A stretch of 64,000 bases of DNA from Candidatus Eiseniibacteriota bacterium (GTDB lineage: Bacteria > Eisenbacteria > RBG-16-71-46), in assembly GCA_041483195.1 (NCBI GenBank), contig JBGPFC010000003.1:128001-192000 (forward strand), written 5' to 3'. The position numbers and the translations under genes were made by a program. Positions 21,580 through 31,850 of this stretch are shown one piece after another. The notes below the pieces were generated by a model that was not told the origin of the DNA, searched no databases, and worked only from the letters and a program-made list of their open reading frames with translations. Numbering within the stretch: the first letter of the stretch is position 1; each line of letters starts with the position of its first letter.

Positions 21580-22754
21580 TGGGACGCCTGCTCGTTGTCG
21601 AGGCGTCCGACCGCGTCATGGTGCTGGCGCCGCATCCCGACGACGAGTCGCTCGCGACCGGCGGCCTGCTGCTGCGCTCGCGCGCCGCGGGCGCCGCGCG
21701 CCGCGTGGTGTTCCTCACCGACGGCGACAACAATCCCTGGGCGCAGCGCGCCGCCGAGCGCCGTTGGCGGGTGACGGCGGCCGATCGCGTACGGTGGGGC
21801 GAGCGCCGCCGCGGCGAGGTGCTGGCTGCGATCGCGCACCTCGGCCTGTCCGCCCGCTCGGTGCGCTTCATGCGCCATCCCGATCAGGGCCTCACCGAGA
21901 TCCTCATGTCGGGCGGGAGCGAGGTGCTCGACGCGCTGGCTCTCGAGTTCGAGCGGTGGCGCCCCACGATCCTCGCGGCGCCGGCGCTCGACGACCGCCA
22001 TCCCGACCACAGCGCGCTCGCGGTGATGGTGCGCATCGCGCTCGGGCGCATGGACCCGAGGGTGCGCCCGCCCCGCGTGATCGGCTACGCTGTGCACGCC
22101 CGCCGCGACGCCGAACCCGGCCCCGCCGCCCAGATCGATCTCGCGCTCGAGGCGCACGAGCGCGAGCGCAAGCGCCGCGCGATCGAATGCCACGCCACGC
22201 AGCTGCGCCTGCGCCGCGCCGAGCTGCTCGCGTACGCGCGCGAGCGCGAGCCCTTCCGCATCGACGACGATTCGTGCGCCATCGAGGCTTCCCATCCGGT
22301 CCGCGCCGCCGCGCTCGATGGCGAAATGCTGCGCGCGGTGATCGTTCCTCCGGCACGCCTGGGGCTCGGGCCGCGCGCGCTGCTGGTGGCGTGCGAGGCG
22401 TGTGACGGCTCGGTCGCCCGGCTGTCGCTCGATCTCGGCCGCAGGCCCGCGGCGCGCGCGACGCACGGGGGCGGCCCGAACGGGACGCCGGCCTTCGAGA
22501 CCGCGCGCGGCGCGGGCGGAGTGCTTCACGTCGGCCTGCGACTCGGAATCGCGCCGCCTTACGCCGGCGTCTTCCTCAAGCTCGAACGCCCCGCGGAACG
22601 GCGCCTCGGATTGTTCGATCGAGCCGGCTGGCGCGAGGTACCCGGCGGCATCGCCCCTCCAGCGGCCGCGCCGGCCGCGGGGCGCGATGGCGACGCGCTC
22701 GCGGCCGCCACCGCGGCCGCGGCGGCCGCCGCGATGATCGTTCCGCTCTCCTGA
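21579..22754 (+). CDS. PIG-L/LmbE family deacetylase
   Basis: ATG overlapping the upstream stop. LAPHPDDE, LTDGD, HPDH motifs. Confidence 0.88.
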   Translation: MGRLLVVEASDRVMVLAPHPDDESLATGGLLLRSRAAGAARRVVFLTDGDNNPWAQRAAERRWRVTAADRVRWGERRRGEVLAAIAHLGLSARSVRFMRHPDQGLTEILMSGGSEVLDALALEFERWRPTILAAPALDDRHPDHSALAVMVRIALGRMDPRVRPPRVIGYAVHARRDAEPGPAAQIDLALEAHERERKRRAIECHATQLRLRRAELLAYAREREPFRIDDDSCAIEASHPVRAAALDGEMLRAVIVPPARLGLGPRALLVACEACDGSVARLSLDLGRRPAARATHGGGPNGTPAFETARGAGGVLHVGLRLGIAPPYAGVFLKLERPAERRLGLFDRAGWREVPGGIAPPAAAPAAGRDGDALAAATAAAAAAAMIVPLS

Positions 22755-22816
22755 TCGACGCGGCGGGGGCATTAGGCCCGCACCGCCGGGGCCGGCCGCG
22801 GCGCTCCAGTCGGCGC

Positions 22817-22844
22817 TGAAGTGCGACGCGCTCGTTGCCGATAA
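22817..22844 (+). promoter_or_regulatory. Sigma-28-like promoter candidate
   Basis: TGAA-N16-GCCGATAA upstream of 22912. Perfect FliA-type -10, weak -35. Confidence 0.35.
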
Positions 22845-22911
22845 CTGAACCCACCACTTCCGGACCGCCGGCCGTGATGCATGGTTCACGCTGACCACGA
22901 GGCTTGAGGAC

Positions 22912-24018
22912 ATGGAACGCATCGTTCGCATCTCGCTGTGGGTGATCTCGATCCTGGTCGTCGCGGGCTATCTGTACGCCGCGATCCCGGGGCTGTTCCG
23001 CGCCGTGCCGGCCGATCCGCTCGATGCTTCGGCGCTCGAGCACGCGGCCCGATTCGCGAGCGGCCAGCCGCCGTTTCGGGAACCCGGTCGCGGACTCGAT
23101 GCGGCCCTGATGCCCGCCTTCCCGTTCGTCCTCTCCGGGCTGGTGCGGATGTTCGATCCGCAAGCCTGGGAACCGCGATTTGTGGTCCTGCTCGCCACCC
23201 TGATGGCGGCGGCGCTGGCGGCCATGGTGGTGCGCGCGGAGACTCGCAGCGCCACGCTGGGCATGGCGAGCGGCGGACTCGTGATCCTCGGACAGTTGCT
23301 CGCCGGTCGTGGCGCGACCCTGTCTGGCCCGGAATCGCTGGGACTGTTGCTCGCGCTCGCCGGGTGCGCGGCCCTGCGGTACGTTCCGAACATCCTCGGC
23401 GCGCTGCTCGCGTCGCTGGCATTCGCCGCGGCCTGCCTCACGCATCCCGCCGGCCTGTGGTTCGCGATGGCCGCGATCTTCCATCTCGCCACCTTCGACC
23501 GCCGGCGTCTGGTGGCGTATGCGCTCGGCCTGCTCGTGCTCACGGGCGGCGGATATGTCGCGCTGTCGCTCACGCTGGGCCCGTGGTTCAACTATCACGC
23601 GTGGGACGTGCCGCTCCGGGCCGTTCGATTCGCGCCCGTCGCGCTGATGCAATACCTCGGCACGCAGCTGCTCGGCACGCTGGGCGTGCTCCTGCTCTCC
23701 GCCGTGCTCGCGTTCGCCATGCCGATCCGGCCGTGGCGCGGCGCCGTGGGCCTGTGGACCTGGATGGCATTCGCAGCGCTCGGCGCCGGAATCGTCGCCA
23801 GTCAGAGCGCGATCGGCGCGGCGGACGCGCTGCGGCCGGTCGTGGTCGCGCTCGCGATCGTCGGCCCGATCTCGATCCAGCGCGTGACGACCCATCTCGC
23901 GGCCTGGCCCGGCTCGAGCCGGCTCGGCGGTCAGGGCGTCGTGCTGACGGCGCTCGCGCTCCAGTTCCTGATGCTCCTCTCCCACGTGACGCGCGCGGTG
24001 CTGGGCATCGGGGCCTGA
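22912..24018 (+). CDS. Polytopic membrane protein (degenerate GT-C-like)
   Basis: GAGGA RBS, roughly 10 hydrophobic helices, no clear catalytic motif. Confidence 0.65.
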   Translation: MERIVRISLWVISILVVAGYLYAAIPGLFRAVPADPLDASALEHAARFASGQPPFREPGRGLDAALMPAFPFVLSGLVRMFDPQAWEPRFVVLLATLMAAALAAMVVRAETRSATLGMASGGLVILGQLLAGRGATLSGPESLGLLLALAGCAALRYVPNILGALLASLAFAAACLTHPAGLWFAMAAIFHLATFDRRRLVAYALGLLVLTGGGYVALSLTLGPWFNYHAWDVPLRAVRFAPVALMQYLGTQLLGTLGVLLLSAVLAFAMPIRPWRGAVGLWTWMAFAALGAGIVASQSAIGAADALRPVVVALAIVGPISIQRVTTHLAAWPGSSRLGGQGVVLTALALQFLMLLSHVTRAVLGIGA

Positions 24019-24080
24019 ATCATCCGAGATCACGGGCCAGGCTCCGGCGCCCGCGCGCCGCGCTCGCGCACCATATTCAC

Positions 24081-24108
24081 TTGGTATTCGGAGTCGTCGC
24101 GGTATCCT
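24081..24108 (+). promoter_or_regulatory. Sigma-70-like promoter candidate
   Basis: TTGGTA-N16-TATCCT upstream of the lipoprotein gene. Confidence 0.35.
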
Positions 24109-24152
24109 CCCGGGCAGTCGACAATCTCCCCACGCTCGACGGAGGAAGCCCG

Positions 24153-24557
24153 ATGCGAACCCTTCAGCGTTGTGTGTGTTTCGCCGCCATTCTGCTGGCG
24201 CTCGCGCTGCCGTCGGGGTGCAAGAAGAAATCCACTGCTCCCGTCAGCCAGCCGGTGATCACGAACAACCCCGGCGACTTCACGTACCAGGACTCGAACA
24301 TGCAGGCCAAGACCGGCGTCGAGTCTTACGCCTGGCCGAGCACCGGCACGAACGTGAGCGTCGACCAGACCAGCACCATCGCGTCCGGACTCATCACGTT
24401 GACGATCCTGGACGCGGCGAGCGCGCAGGTTTACCAGCACTCGCTCTCCGACGCGGGCACCTTCCCCGCCACCGCCGGCACCGCCGGCACGTGGACCATC
24501 CGGATCGACACCGCGCACGCCACCGGCAGGGTCAGCTTCCACGTGCGCAAGATCTAA
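24153..24557 (+). CDS. Small beta-rich lipoprotein
   Basis: GGAGG RBS, signal ending LPSGC followed by KKKSTAP, Thr/Ser-rich beta domain. Confidence 0.75.
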   Translation: MRTLQRCVCFAAILLALALPSGCKKKSTAPVSQPVITNNPGDFTYQDSNMQAKTGVESYAWPSTGTNVSVDQTSTIASGLITLTILDAASAQVYQHSLSDAGTFPATAGTAGTWTIRIDTAHATGRVSFHVRKI

Positions 24558-24609
24558 ATCGGGTTCGTCCGGGAGCGGCCGTCCGATCTCGCGCGGCGCC
24601 CCTTCACCC

Positions 24610-25695
24610 TCAGGCGCTGCGCTCGTGCCGCCGCAGGGCCTCGCTCACCACCAGCAGGTCGCCGATGTTTTCGAGCGTGAGCAGCCCCACCAGCCGCCCG
24701 CGCTCCAGCACCGGCAGCGCGGTGCGCGCCCGCTCGCGCATGCGGCGCAGCACGGAATCGAGCGGCTCGCCGGCGTCTGCGTATTCCTCGTCGCGCGTGA
24801 TCGCATCGCCGACCGTGGCGCTCGCGCCGTCGCGCTGGAGCGCTCGCACCAGATCCCGGCGGGTGAGCATGCCGACCGGCGCGCCGGCCTCGAGCACCGG
24901 AAAATCCTGCTGATTGCCCGCCATCAGGAAGTCCACGGCGCGCTGCAGCGCGTCGGCCGGGTCCAGCACGTGGAATTCGGTGAGCATCGCGTCGCGGACC
25001 CCGATGCCGGCCAGCGAGAGGCGGTTCTGCACCAGCGCGCGCTCCTCGCCCGCCGCGAGGAACACGAACAGCGCGATCAGCATCAGCATGAAGTTGCCGG
25101 CGAACAGTCCGACCGCGCCGAACCCGAGCGCCACCACCTGTCCGACGCCCGACGCGATGCGGGTCGCCTTCACGTAGGGCAGGCGCATCGCGAGCAACGC
25201 GCGCAGCACGCGGCCGCCGTCCATCGGGAACGCCGGGATCAGGTTGAACACCACCATCGCGACGTTCACCACCAGCAGCGACATGAGGATGCCGCCGTTC
25301 AGGTCGAGCGATTCGACCCGCACGCCGAGCAGCGCGAACACACCCACCAGCGCCGCCGCGATCGCGACGTTCACGAGCGGGCCCGCGATCGCGACGATCA
25401 GCTCCTGCGACGGCTTCTCCGGCATGCGCTCGAGGCGCGCGATGCCGCCGATCGGGAGCAGCACGATGTCGCGGGTGCGGATGCCGTAGCGGCGCGCGGT
25501 GAGGGCGTGGCCCAGCTCGTGGAGCAGCACGCAGCCGAACACCAGCAGCAGCAGCGCTCCGGTCTCGAGCGCTCGGCCGAAGTCGCCGCTCGCGAATCCC
25601 TGGCTCGCGGCCATCCACACCACGAACAGCAGGAACGTGACGTGCAGCTGGATCCGGATCCCCGCGATCCGGCCGATGCCGAACGACCAGCGCAT
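24610..25695 (-). CDS. Site-2 protease (peptidase M50) with CBS pair
   Basis: ATG 25695 (MRWSFGIGRIAGI). HELGH, AGPLVN, FNLIPAFPMDGG motifs and C-terminal CBS domains. Confidence 0.92.
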   Translation of the reverse strand: MRWSFGIGRIAGIRIQLHVTFLLFVVWMAASQGFASGDFGRALETGALLLLVFGCVLLHELGHALTARRYGIRTRDIVLLPIGGIARLERMPEKPSQELIVAIAGPLVNVAIAAALVGVFALLGVRVESLDLNGGILMSLLVVNVAMVVFNLIPAFPMDGGRVLRALLAMRLPYVKATRIASGVGQVVALGFGAVGLFAGNFMLMLIALFVFLAAGEERALVQNRLSLAGIGVRDAMLTEFHVLDPADALQRAVDFLMAGNQQDFPVLEAGAPVGMLTRRDLVRALQRDGASATVGDAITRDEEYADAGEPLDSVLRRMRERARTALPVLERGRLVGLLTLENIGDLLVVSEALRRHERSA

Positions 25696-27893
25696 CAGGC
25701 GCCCCGGGCGGCGACGCGCATGCGCGCGTCGATCGCGAGCACGCCCTGGCCGGGCGGCAGCGCGCGCACCGGGTTCAGATCCATCTCGAGCAGCAGCGGC
25801 TGCTCCTCGGAGAGCTGCGCGACGCTCAGAATTGCCGACTCGATCGCGGCGAGGTCGGCGGGCGGCGCGCCGCGGTAGCCCTCGAGCAGCGGAAACGCCC
25901 GCACCTCGCGCATCATCTCGCGCGCGTCGCGGTCGGTGAGCGGCGCGATGCGGAACGAAACGTCCTTCAGCATCTCGACGTGGATGCCCCCGAGCCCGAA
26001 CATCACGAGCGGCCCGAACGTGGCGTCGCGGCTCATGCCGAGGATGGTCTCGGTGCCGTCGCGCACCAGCGGCTGCAGCGTTGCGCCCTGCATCTCGCCC
26101 AGCTTGCCGGCCTGATCGAGCCGCGCGCGCATGCCGTTCCACGCCTTGCGCACCTCGTTGGCGCTGCGCAGGTCGAGCGCCACGCCGCCCACGTCGGACT
26201 TGTGCGTGAGCGTCTCGGAGTCGAGCTTGAGCACCACCGGGAAGCCCAGCTCCTCGGCCGCCGCCATCGCCTCGTCTGCGGAGTCCGCGTGCCGCGCCGG
26301 CGGCTGCGCGATGCCGTACGCCGCGAGCACCTCGCCCACCTCGTCCGGGCGCAGCCAGCCGCCGCCGCGCGCTGCCGCGCGCTCCATCACGAGCGCGGCG
26401 CGCGCGGTGTCCGCCGGCTGGCGCACGAAGGTTCCTTCCTCCGCCGAGCGCCACCGCCCGTACTGCACGGCCCGCGCGAGCGCGATCGCCGCCGACTCCG
26501 GAAACGCGTAAGAGGGCATGTGCCCCTCGTGCAGCGTGCGCAGCCCTTCCTTCACGCCGTGGGTTCCCATGAAGCAGGTGAGCACCGGCTTGTGCGGGCG
26601 GCGCTCCGCGTCGGCGCGCTGAGTCGCTGCCGCGACGCCGTGCACGATCGACTCCGCGATCTCGGTGGGCGTGGTGACGATCGGCGGCACGTAGAGCGCC
26701 AGCAGCGCGTCCACGTTGGGGTCGGCCAGCACCAGCGCGATCGCCTTCTCGAAAGCGGCGGGCGTCGCGGAGGCGATCATGTCGACCGGATTGCGGGTCG
26801 AGGCCTCGGGCGGAAGGAACGCGCGCAGCTGCGCGACGGTGGATTCGTCGAGCAGCGGCACCTCGAGACCGTGGCTCTCGCACGCGTCGGACGCCATGAT
26901 GCCGGGCCCGCCCGCGTTGGTGACGATGCCCACGCGCTTGCCGAGCGGCACCGGCTGGTTCGCGAGCAGCATCGCGACGTCGAACATCTCCTCCATCGTG
27001 TCGGTGCGGATCACGCCCGACTGTCGGCACAGTGCGTCCACCGCGGCGTCGGCGCCGGCGATCGATCCGGTGTGCGAAGAGGCGGCCCGCTGGCCCGCCC
27101 GCGTGCGGCCGCTCTTCACCGCGACGATCGGCTTGGTGCGTGCGACGCGCCGCGCGATCTGGGTGAAGCGGCGGGGATTTCCGAAGGATTCGAGGTAGAG
27201 CAGTATGAGGCGCGTCGCGGGATCCCGCTCCCAGAACTCGAGCAGGTCGTTGCCAGAGACGTCGGCCTTGTTGCCGACGCTCACGAACTGCGAGATCCCG
27301 ATGTTGAGCGATGACGCGTACTCGAGGATCGCGAGCCCCAGCGCGCCGCTCTGCGACGAGAACCCGATCGCGCCCGCCGGCGGATAGATCGGCGCGAAGG
27401 TCGCATCGAGCCGCACCCCGCCCTCGGTGTTGATCACCCCCAGGCAGTTGGGGCCGACGAGCCGCATCGCGTGGGCGCGCACCACCTCGAGCAGGCGGCG
27501 CTCCAGGTCGCGGCCCTTCTCGCCGGTCTCTTTGAAGCCCGCGCTGATCACCACCACCGCCTTCACGCCCTTCTTGCCACAGGCTTCGACGGTGGCGATC
27601 ACGTGGGCCGCCGGCACCACGACGATCGCGAGATCCACGTCGCCGGGCGCGGCTTCGATCGAGGGATAGGCCGCGACCGATTGAATCACGCCCGACTTGG
27701 GATTGACCGGATAGACCGGCCCGTTGAAGCCGTGGCTCAGCAGGTTGTGGAAGATCGCCCCGCCGATGCTGCCCGGATCGCGCGATGCGCCGATCACGGC
27801 GACGGAGCGGGGACGAAACAGCGGCTCGAGCGATGCGACGGCGCGATGGTTCGCGCTCGCCTCCGGCTCGGTGACGGTCAGGGCAGGATTCAT
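25695..27893 (-). CDS. Acetate/acyl-CoA ligase (ADP-forming), fused alpha-beta
   Basis: PRSVAVIGAS, GPNCLG, SQSGALG, SVGNKAD, SSHTGS, HKSDVGGV, DLNPV motifs. Start may be 27914. Confidence 0.9.
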   Translation of the reverse strand: MNPALTVTEPEASANHRAVASLEPLFRPRSVAVIGASRDPGSIGGAIFHNLLSHGFNGPVYPVNPKSGVIQSVAAYPSIEAAPGDVDLAIVVVPAAHVIATVEACGKKGVKAVVVISAGFKETGEKGRDLERRLLEVVRAHAMRLVGPNCLGVINTEGGVRLDATFAPIYPPAGAIGFSSQSGALGLAILEYASSLNIGISQFVSVGNKADVSGNDLLEFWERDPATRLILLYLESFGNPRRFTQIARRVARTKPIVAVKSGRTRAGQRAASSHTGSIAGADAAVDALCRQSGVIRTDTMEEMFDVAMLLANQPVPLGKRVGIVTNAGGPGIMASDACESHGLEVPLLDESTVAQLRAFLPPEASTRNPVDMIASATPAAFEKAIALVLADPNVDALLALYVPPIVTTPTEIAESIVHGVAAATQRADAERRPHKPVLTCFMGTHGVKEGLRTLHEGHMPSYAFPESAAIALARAVQYGRWRSAEEGTFVRQPADTARAALVMERAAARGGGWLRPDEVGEVLAAYGIAQPPARHADSADEAMAAAEELGFPVVLKLDSETLTHKSDVGGVALDLRSANEVRKAWNGMRARLDQAGKLGEMQGATLQPLVRDGTETILGMSRDATFGPLVMFGLGGIHVEMLKDVSFRIAPLTDRDAREMMREVRAFPLLEGYRGAPPADLAAIESAILSVAQLSEEQPLLLEMDLNPVRALPPGQGVLAIDARMRVAARGA

Positions 27894-27982
27894 GGGATTC
27901 TCATGCGGCCGCATGGTTCAAGACCAGGGGGGCGACACGCGGCCAGTCTCGCACAGGCGTGCGGCGAGGGGAAAGCGGGGGG

Positions 27983-29197
27983 CTACGCCGCGGTGCGGTG
28001 CCTCATCTCGCGCAGGCGGTGATACATCTCCTCGAGCGCGAACAGGCTGCGCTCGCGGTCGTGCTTCTCGACCGCGGTGAGGCGCGTGGTCTCGCCGAAC
28101 GACGCGCGCGCGTGCGGGTCCACCAGCATGGTGCAGATGCCGTTCGCGAAAGACGGCGTGTCACGGGGCGGGACCAGGAAGCCTTCCTCGCCCTGGCGGA
28201 TCAGGTCCTGGATCGCGCCCGCCGGGCTCGCGATCACGGCGAGGCCGGTCGCGAGCGCGTGCAGCACGAACAGCCCGCCCGGCTCGTTCGCGATCACCGG
28301 CGCGATCGCCACCTGGCACGACGCGTAGAGCGCGGGCAGGTCGCCGGATGAAACCGACGGCAGCGTATGAATCCCCTCGCCGACGCCCAGCTCGAGCGAC
28401 TCGGCGAGGAACACCTGGTCCCAGTCGGGGTTCGCGGGGTCGCGTCCCGCCACCACGAACTCCACGTCGGGCATCCGCGCCCGGACCGCGACGATGATGT
28501 CGATCAGCTTGTCGGCGCCCCGCGCGTGGGTGGGCGGCCCGAGGAAGAGCACGCGCGGCGCGCCGCGGGTCGCGAACAGCGCGCCCACGTCGGGCGAGAG
28601 CGGCGGCTCGGGCTCCGGGCAGAATCGCGCGGTGTCCACGCCGTAATCGAGAAGCTCGATCGCGCGCCCGAGGCCGGCGTTGAGCCGCACGCGGTTGAAC
28701 GCCGAATGCGCGAGCACGATGCGCGCGCCCGCGAGCAGCTCGACCCGCTCCTCCATCGAGCGCAGTCGCGAGAGCCCGGCGCACGCGCCGCAGCCCTGGA
28801 ACGGGTAGTGCTCGCCGCACGCGACGAGTCGCGGCCGGCGCAGCAGGTCGTTGTTCGGACAGATCGGCCAGAAGTCGTGAACGTCGACCAGCACCGGCAG
28901 CTCGCGCAGGATCTCGATCACGCGCGGCCCGAATGGCCCGGCGCTCGCGACGTGCACCACGTCCGGCGCATTCTCGAGCGCGTCGCCGAGCGCGCCCTCG
29001 AAGCCGCCCGGCCCGGCGCGCCGCACCACGACGTCGGGCGGGACCTCGGGCGTCTGCCATGACTCGAGCGGGTTGACGCACAGCACCTCGACCCGGTGAC
29101 CGCGCGTCGCCCACAGCGCCGCCAGCTCCGAGAGCCAGAGGCCGGGCTCGGAGAGGTGGGAGGCCTCGATGCCGTCGACGATGAACAGCACTTTCAC
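27983..29197 (-). CDS. Glycosyltransferase family 4 (GT-B)
   Basis: GTG 29197 overlapping the upstream stop. VDVHDFWPICP, EPGGLFVLHALATGLAVIAS, EEGFLVPP. Confidence 0.8.
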   Translation of the reverse strand: MKVLFIVDGIEASHLSEPGLWLSELAALWATRGHRVEVLCVNPLESWQTPEVPPDVVVRRAGPGGFEGALGDALENAPDVVHVASAGPFGPRVIEILRELPVLVDVHDFWPICPNNDLLRRPRLVACGEHYPFQGCGACAGLSRLRSMEERVELLAGARIVLAHSAFNRVRLNAGLGRAIELLDYGVDTARFCPEPEPPLSPDVGALFATRGAPRVLFLGPPTHARGADKLIDIIVAVRARMPDVEFVVAGRDPANPDWDQVFLAESLELGVGEGIHTLPSVSSGDLPALYASCQVAIAPVIANEPGGLFVLHALATGLAVIASPAGAIQDLIRQGEEGFLVPPRDTPSFANGICTMLVDPHARASFGETTRLTAVEKHDRERSLFALEEMYHRLREMRHRTAA

Positions 29198-29655
29198 GCC
29201 GCGCGATCTCCTTCGTCGTTGCCTTCGAAAAATGCGGTGAGCGCTTCGAGGTCGTCGCGCGCCGCGCCGTGTCCGGGATGAATCCAGAGCGTGTGATAGA
29301 GCAGGCGCAGCGAATCCTCGACGCCGCCCAGCTCGAAGCATGCGGTCGCCGCCATGTACCAGAGGCGCGGCTCGTGCGGTGCGAACGAGAGCCCGCGCAG
29401 CGATCGCGACAGCGCCTCGTGCGCGTCGCCACGCCGCAGCGCGCTCTCCGCGCCGCGCAGCAGACCCAGCGCGGCTTCGCCGTCGGGCGGCGGATCGATG
29501 CCCGGGATGTAGCGCTCGAGGGCTTCGGTCGCGACTCTCAGCGTCTGAGAGACGAAAGGCTCGGGCGGCGATGCGCTGGTGGAGGCAACACGGTCCGCGA
29601 GTGCTGCGAGCGCACGGCTGATGTCGTCGATCGAGGGATTGGACGCCGCGGACAC
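29194..29655 (-). CDS. Small TPR-like protein
   Basis: GTG 29655 after GGGAGG. TPR-like helices (LSFAPHEPRLWY...LWIHPGHGAARDDL). Confidence 0.65.
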   Translation of the reverse strand: MSAASNPSIDDISRALAALADRVASTSASPPEPFVSQTLRVATEALERYIPGIDPPPDGEAALGLLRGAESALRRGDAHEALSRSLRGLSFAPHEPRLWYMAATACFELGGVEDSLRLLYHTLWIHPGHGAARDDLEALTAFFEGNDEGDRAA

Positions 29656-29759
29656 TGGACACCTCCCGGACACGGGGAAACGCGCATTCCGCCCTGAGAC
29701 GGAATAGCCGATTTAGGGGCCCGATCGCGCCGGGACCCGATGGAAATTCAGCAAACGGA

Positions 29760-29786
29760 TTATCGGCAGGGCGGTTAGCGGGCTGA
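29760..29786 (-). promoter_or_regulatory. Sigma-28-like promoter candidate for the TPR-GT4 operon
   Basis: Minus strand TCAG-N15-GCCGATAA in a locally AT-richer intergenic region. Confidence 0.45.
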
Positions 29787-29857
29787 ACCGAAGGCTCGGG
29801 GTTGCCGCGAAACACGCGGAATCGGAGGGTTTCCCCGCATTTCGAGCGGGGCGGCGG

Positions 29858-30946
29858 CTACCTGGGGCCGGCCGGTTCGGACCGGCCCACGGCGGGGCCG
29901 CCCGCGCCCTGCTGGTAGTCGAGCCAGGCCTTGCGGTCGTGGGGCGCGGGCTCCTCCCCCGCGAGCGACCACCACATGCGCCACGCCGGTCGCGCCGCGG
30001 TCCACCATTCGTCCCAGGTCGTGGCGCTCGCGGCGCTCGACGTGCGGCGAATGCCGCCGAGGAGATCGGGCGAGCCGTCGCGCGAGCCGTTCAACTTCAG
30101 CGCGAGCGTGACCGGCAGCTCGAAGCCCCGCGGGACCTGCTCGAGCTCTCGCATGCGCGGCAGCGTCCGCGTCGCGGTGCTCGCAACCGTGGCGTCGCGC
30201 GTCGTGTCGGAGTATCCGACCACGAGCGGCGCGAGATCGGACTCGAGCGGCGCGAGGCTGTCGTTCGCCACGACCGCGGCCAGATCGGCGAGCAGCAGCA
30301 CGCCGTACGCGCGCGCCACCGCGTGCCGGTCGCGGAGCAGGTCGAGCGCAGCGGGCACCGCGAATCCGCCGAGCGAGTTCGCGCTCGCGATCCGCCGCTG
30401 CACTTCGGTGGGCGCCGCGTCGTGGCTCATGAGCTGGGCGGTGGTCGGCTGCCCGACGTCGAACACCGGGCTCGCGGCGAGCGACTCCGCGATCACGAAC
30501 CCGCGCGCGACGTCCACCGAGATCACGGCGTAGAGCGCGGGATAACGCCCCACGTCGGCCGACGACAGCGTGGTCAACATGCCGAGCGAGAGCAGCGTGC
30601 GCACGCGCGCGCGGCCGGGCTCTTCGCGCGCGAGATGGCTCGCATCGAGGGCGCCGAGCATCGCGGGGCCGGCCAGCGCGAGGCGGAGCTGCGCCTCGCG
30701 CCACTCGGCGGCGTCCTCGCTCGCGAGCTGGCGGACGAATCGGCGAACGCGGCGCGGCGCGCCCACCAGGTCGAGCCCGGCGACGGGCGCGGGGGTCGCG
30801 ATCTCGGCGGACGTGTCCGGGGCCGCGGCGTCTTGCGCACGCGCCGGGACCGGGGCGATCGCGAGCGCGAACATGAGCGCCGCCGCGGCGGCGCATCCGG
30901 CGGCCGCGAGCGCGGCGGCCGCGCGTCCGGCCGCGCTCCCGATCAC
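29858..30946 (-). CDS. Exported hypothetical protein, HEAT-like helical
   Basis: Signal peptide ending ARA-QD, helical repeats, WDEWW motif. Last gene behind the XDH subunits. Confidence 0.55.
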   Translation of the reverse strand: MIGSAAGRAAAALAAAGCAAAAALMFALAIAPVPARAQDAAAPDTSAEIATPAPVAGLDLVGAPRRVRRFVRQLASEDAAEWREAQLRLALAGPAMLGALDASHLAREEPGRARVRTLLSLGMLTTLSSADVGRYPALYAVISVDVARGFVIAESLAASPVFDVGQPTTAQLMSHDAAPTEVQRRIASANSLGGFAVPAALDLLRDRHAVARAYGVLLLADLAAVVANDSLAPLESDLAPLVVGYSDTTRDATVASTATRTLPRMRELEQVPRGFELPVTLALKLNGSRDGSPDLLGGIRRTSSAASATTWDEWWTAARPAWRMWWSLAGEEPAPHDRKAWLDYQQGAGGPAVGRSEPAGPR

Positions 30947-30959
30947 GCGATCTCGCGGG

Positions 30960-31850
30960 CTAATGCGCGCGCCCCCGCGCCGGCCACGCGCCGAGCAGAA
31001 ACTGCTCGATGAGATTGCCGGCGACCGTCATGCGGTACTCGCGGCTGGAGCGGATGTCGTCGATCGGCGCGATGTCGCGGGCGAGCGCGGCGCGGGCCCG
31101 TGCCGCGGCCTCGGGGCCGGGGCGCATGCCGTGCAGCGCGCGCTCCGCGCGCCGCGCCCGCACCGGGACCGGCGCCACGCTCCCGAACGCGAGCCGCGCG
31201 GCGTCGATCGCGCCGCGGGCGTCCGGCACCAGGATGCCGGAGCAGACCACCTTCGAAATGCTCTGCGCCCGCCGCGTGCCCACCTTGCGGAAGAACGTGA
31301 CCGCCCGGCTCTGGGGAAACGCCAGCTCGATCGCGGTGATCAGCTCGTTGCGCTCGAGCGCGAGGTCGCGATAGCCGCGGAACAACTCGGCGAACGCGAT
31401 GGATCGCGCGCCGCGGACCGATTGCACCCGCACCACCGCTTCGTGCGCGAGCAGCACCGGCAGCGAGTCGCCGGCGGGCGATGCGTTCGCGATGTTCCCG
31501 CCGATGGTCGCGCGCGCCTGGATCTGCCACGCCCCGATCTCGGAGGCGGCGGCCGCGAGCGATGGCAGCCGGCGGCGGATCACGTCGTGATCGCGAATCG
31601 CGCGAAACGTGGTGCCGGCGCCGATCGTGACGCCGGCCCGTGTGGCGCGGATGCCGCGCAGCTCGTCGAGCGGCGAGAGATCGAGGAAGCGCCGCGCCTC
31701 GAGCTGGCCTGCGTTGAGGTACACGAACAGGTCGGTGCCGCCCGCGAGCGGCGTGAGGCGCTCTCCCGAAAGCGATGCGTCGAGCAGCTCGAGCGCGTGC
31801 CCGAGCGATCGCGGGCGCCGAAGCTCGAGCGTCGAGAGCGCGGCCCTCAT
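30960..31850 (-). CDS. Xanthine dehydrogenase-family FAD-binding subunit
   Basis: ATG 31850. LAGGTDL, IQARATIGGNIANASPAGD, APIDDIRSSREYR motifs. Confidence 0.92.
   Translation of the reverse strand: MRAALSTLELRRPRSLGHALELLDASLSGERLTPLAGGTDLFVYLNAGQLEARRFLDLSPLDELRGIRATRAGVTIGAGTTFRAIRDHDVIRRRLPSLAAAASEIGAWQIQARATIGGNIANASPAGDSLPVLLAHEAVVRVQSVRGARSIAFAELFRGYRDLALERNELITAIELAFPQSRAVTFFRKVGTRRAQSISKVVCSGILVPDARGAIDAARLAFGSVAPVPVRARRAERALHGMRPGPEAAARARAALARDIAPIDDIRSSREYRMTVAGNLIEQFLLGAWPARGRAH

Noticed and set aside
29673..29837. 9-bp inverted repeat CGGGGAAAC/GTTTCCCCG flanking the sigma-28-like promoter as an invertible switch or MITE
   Set aside because: Too short, no invertase nearby and no second copy seen.
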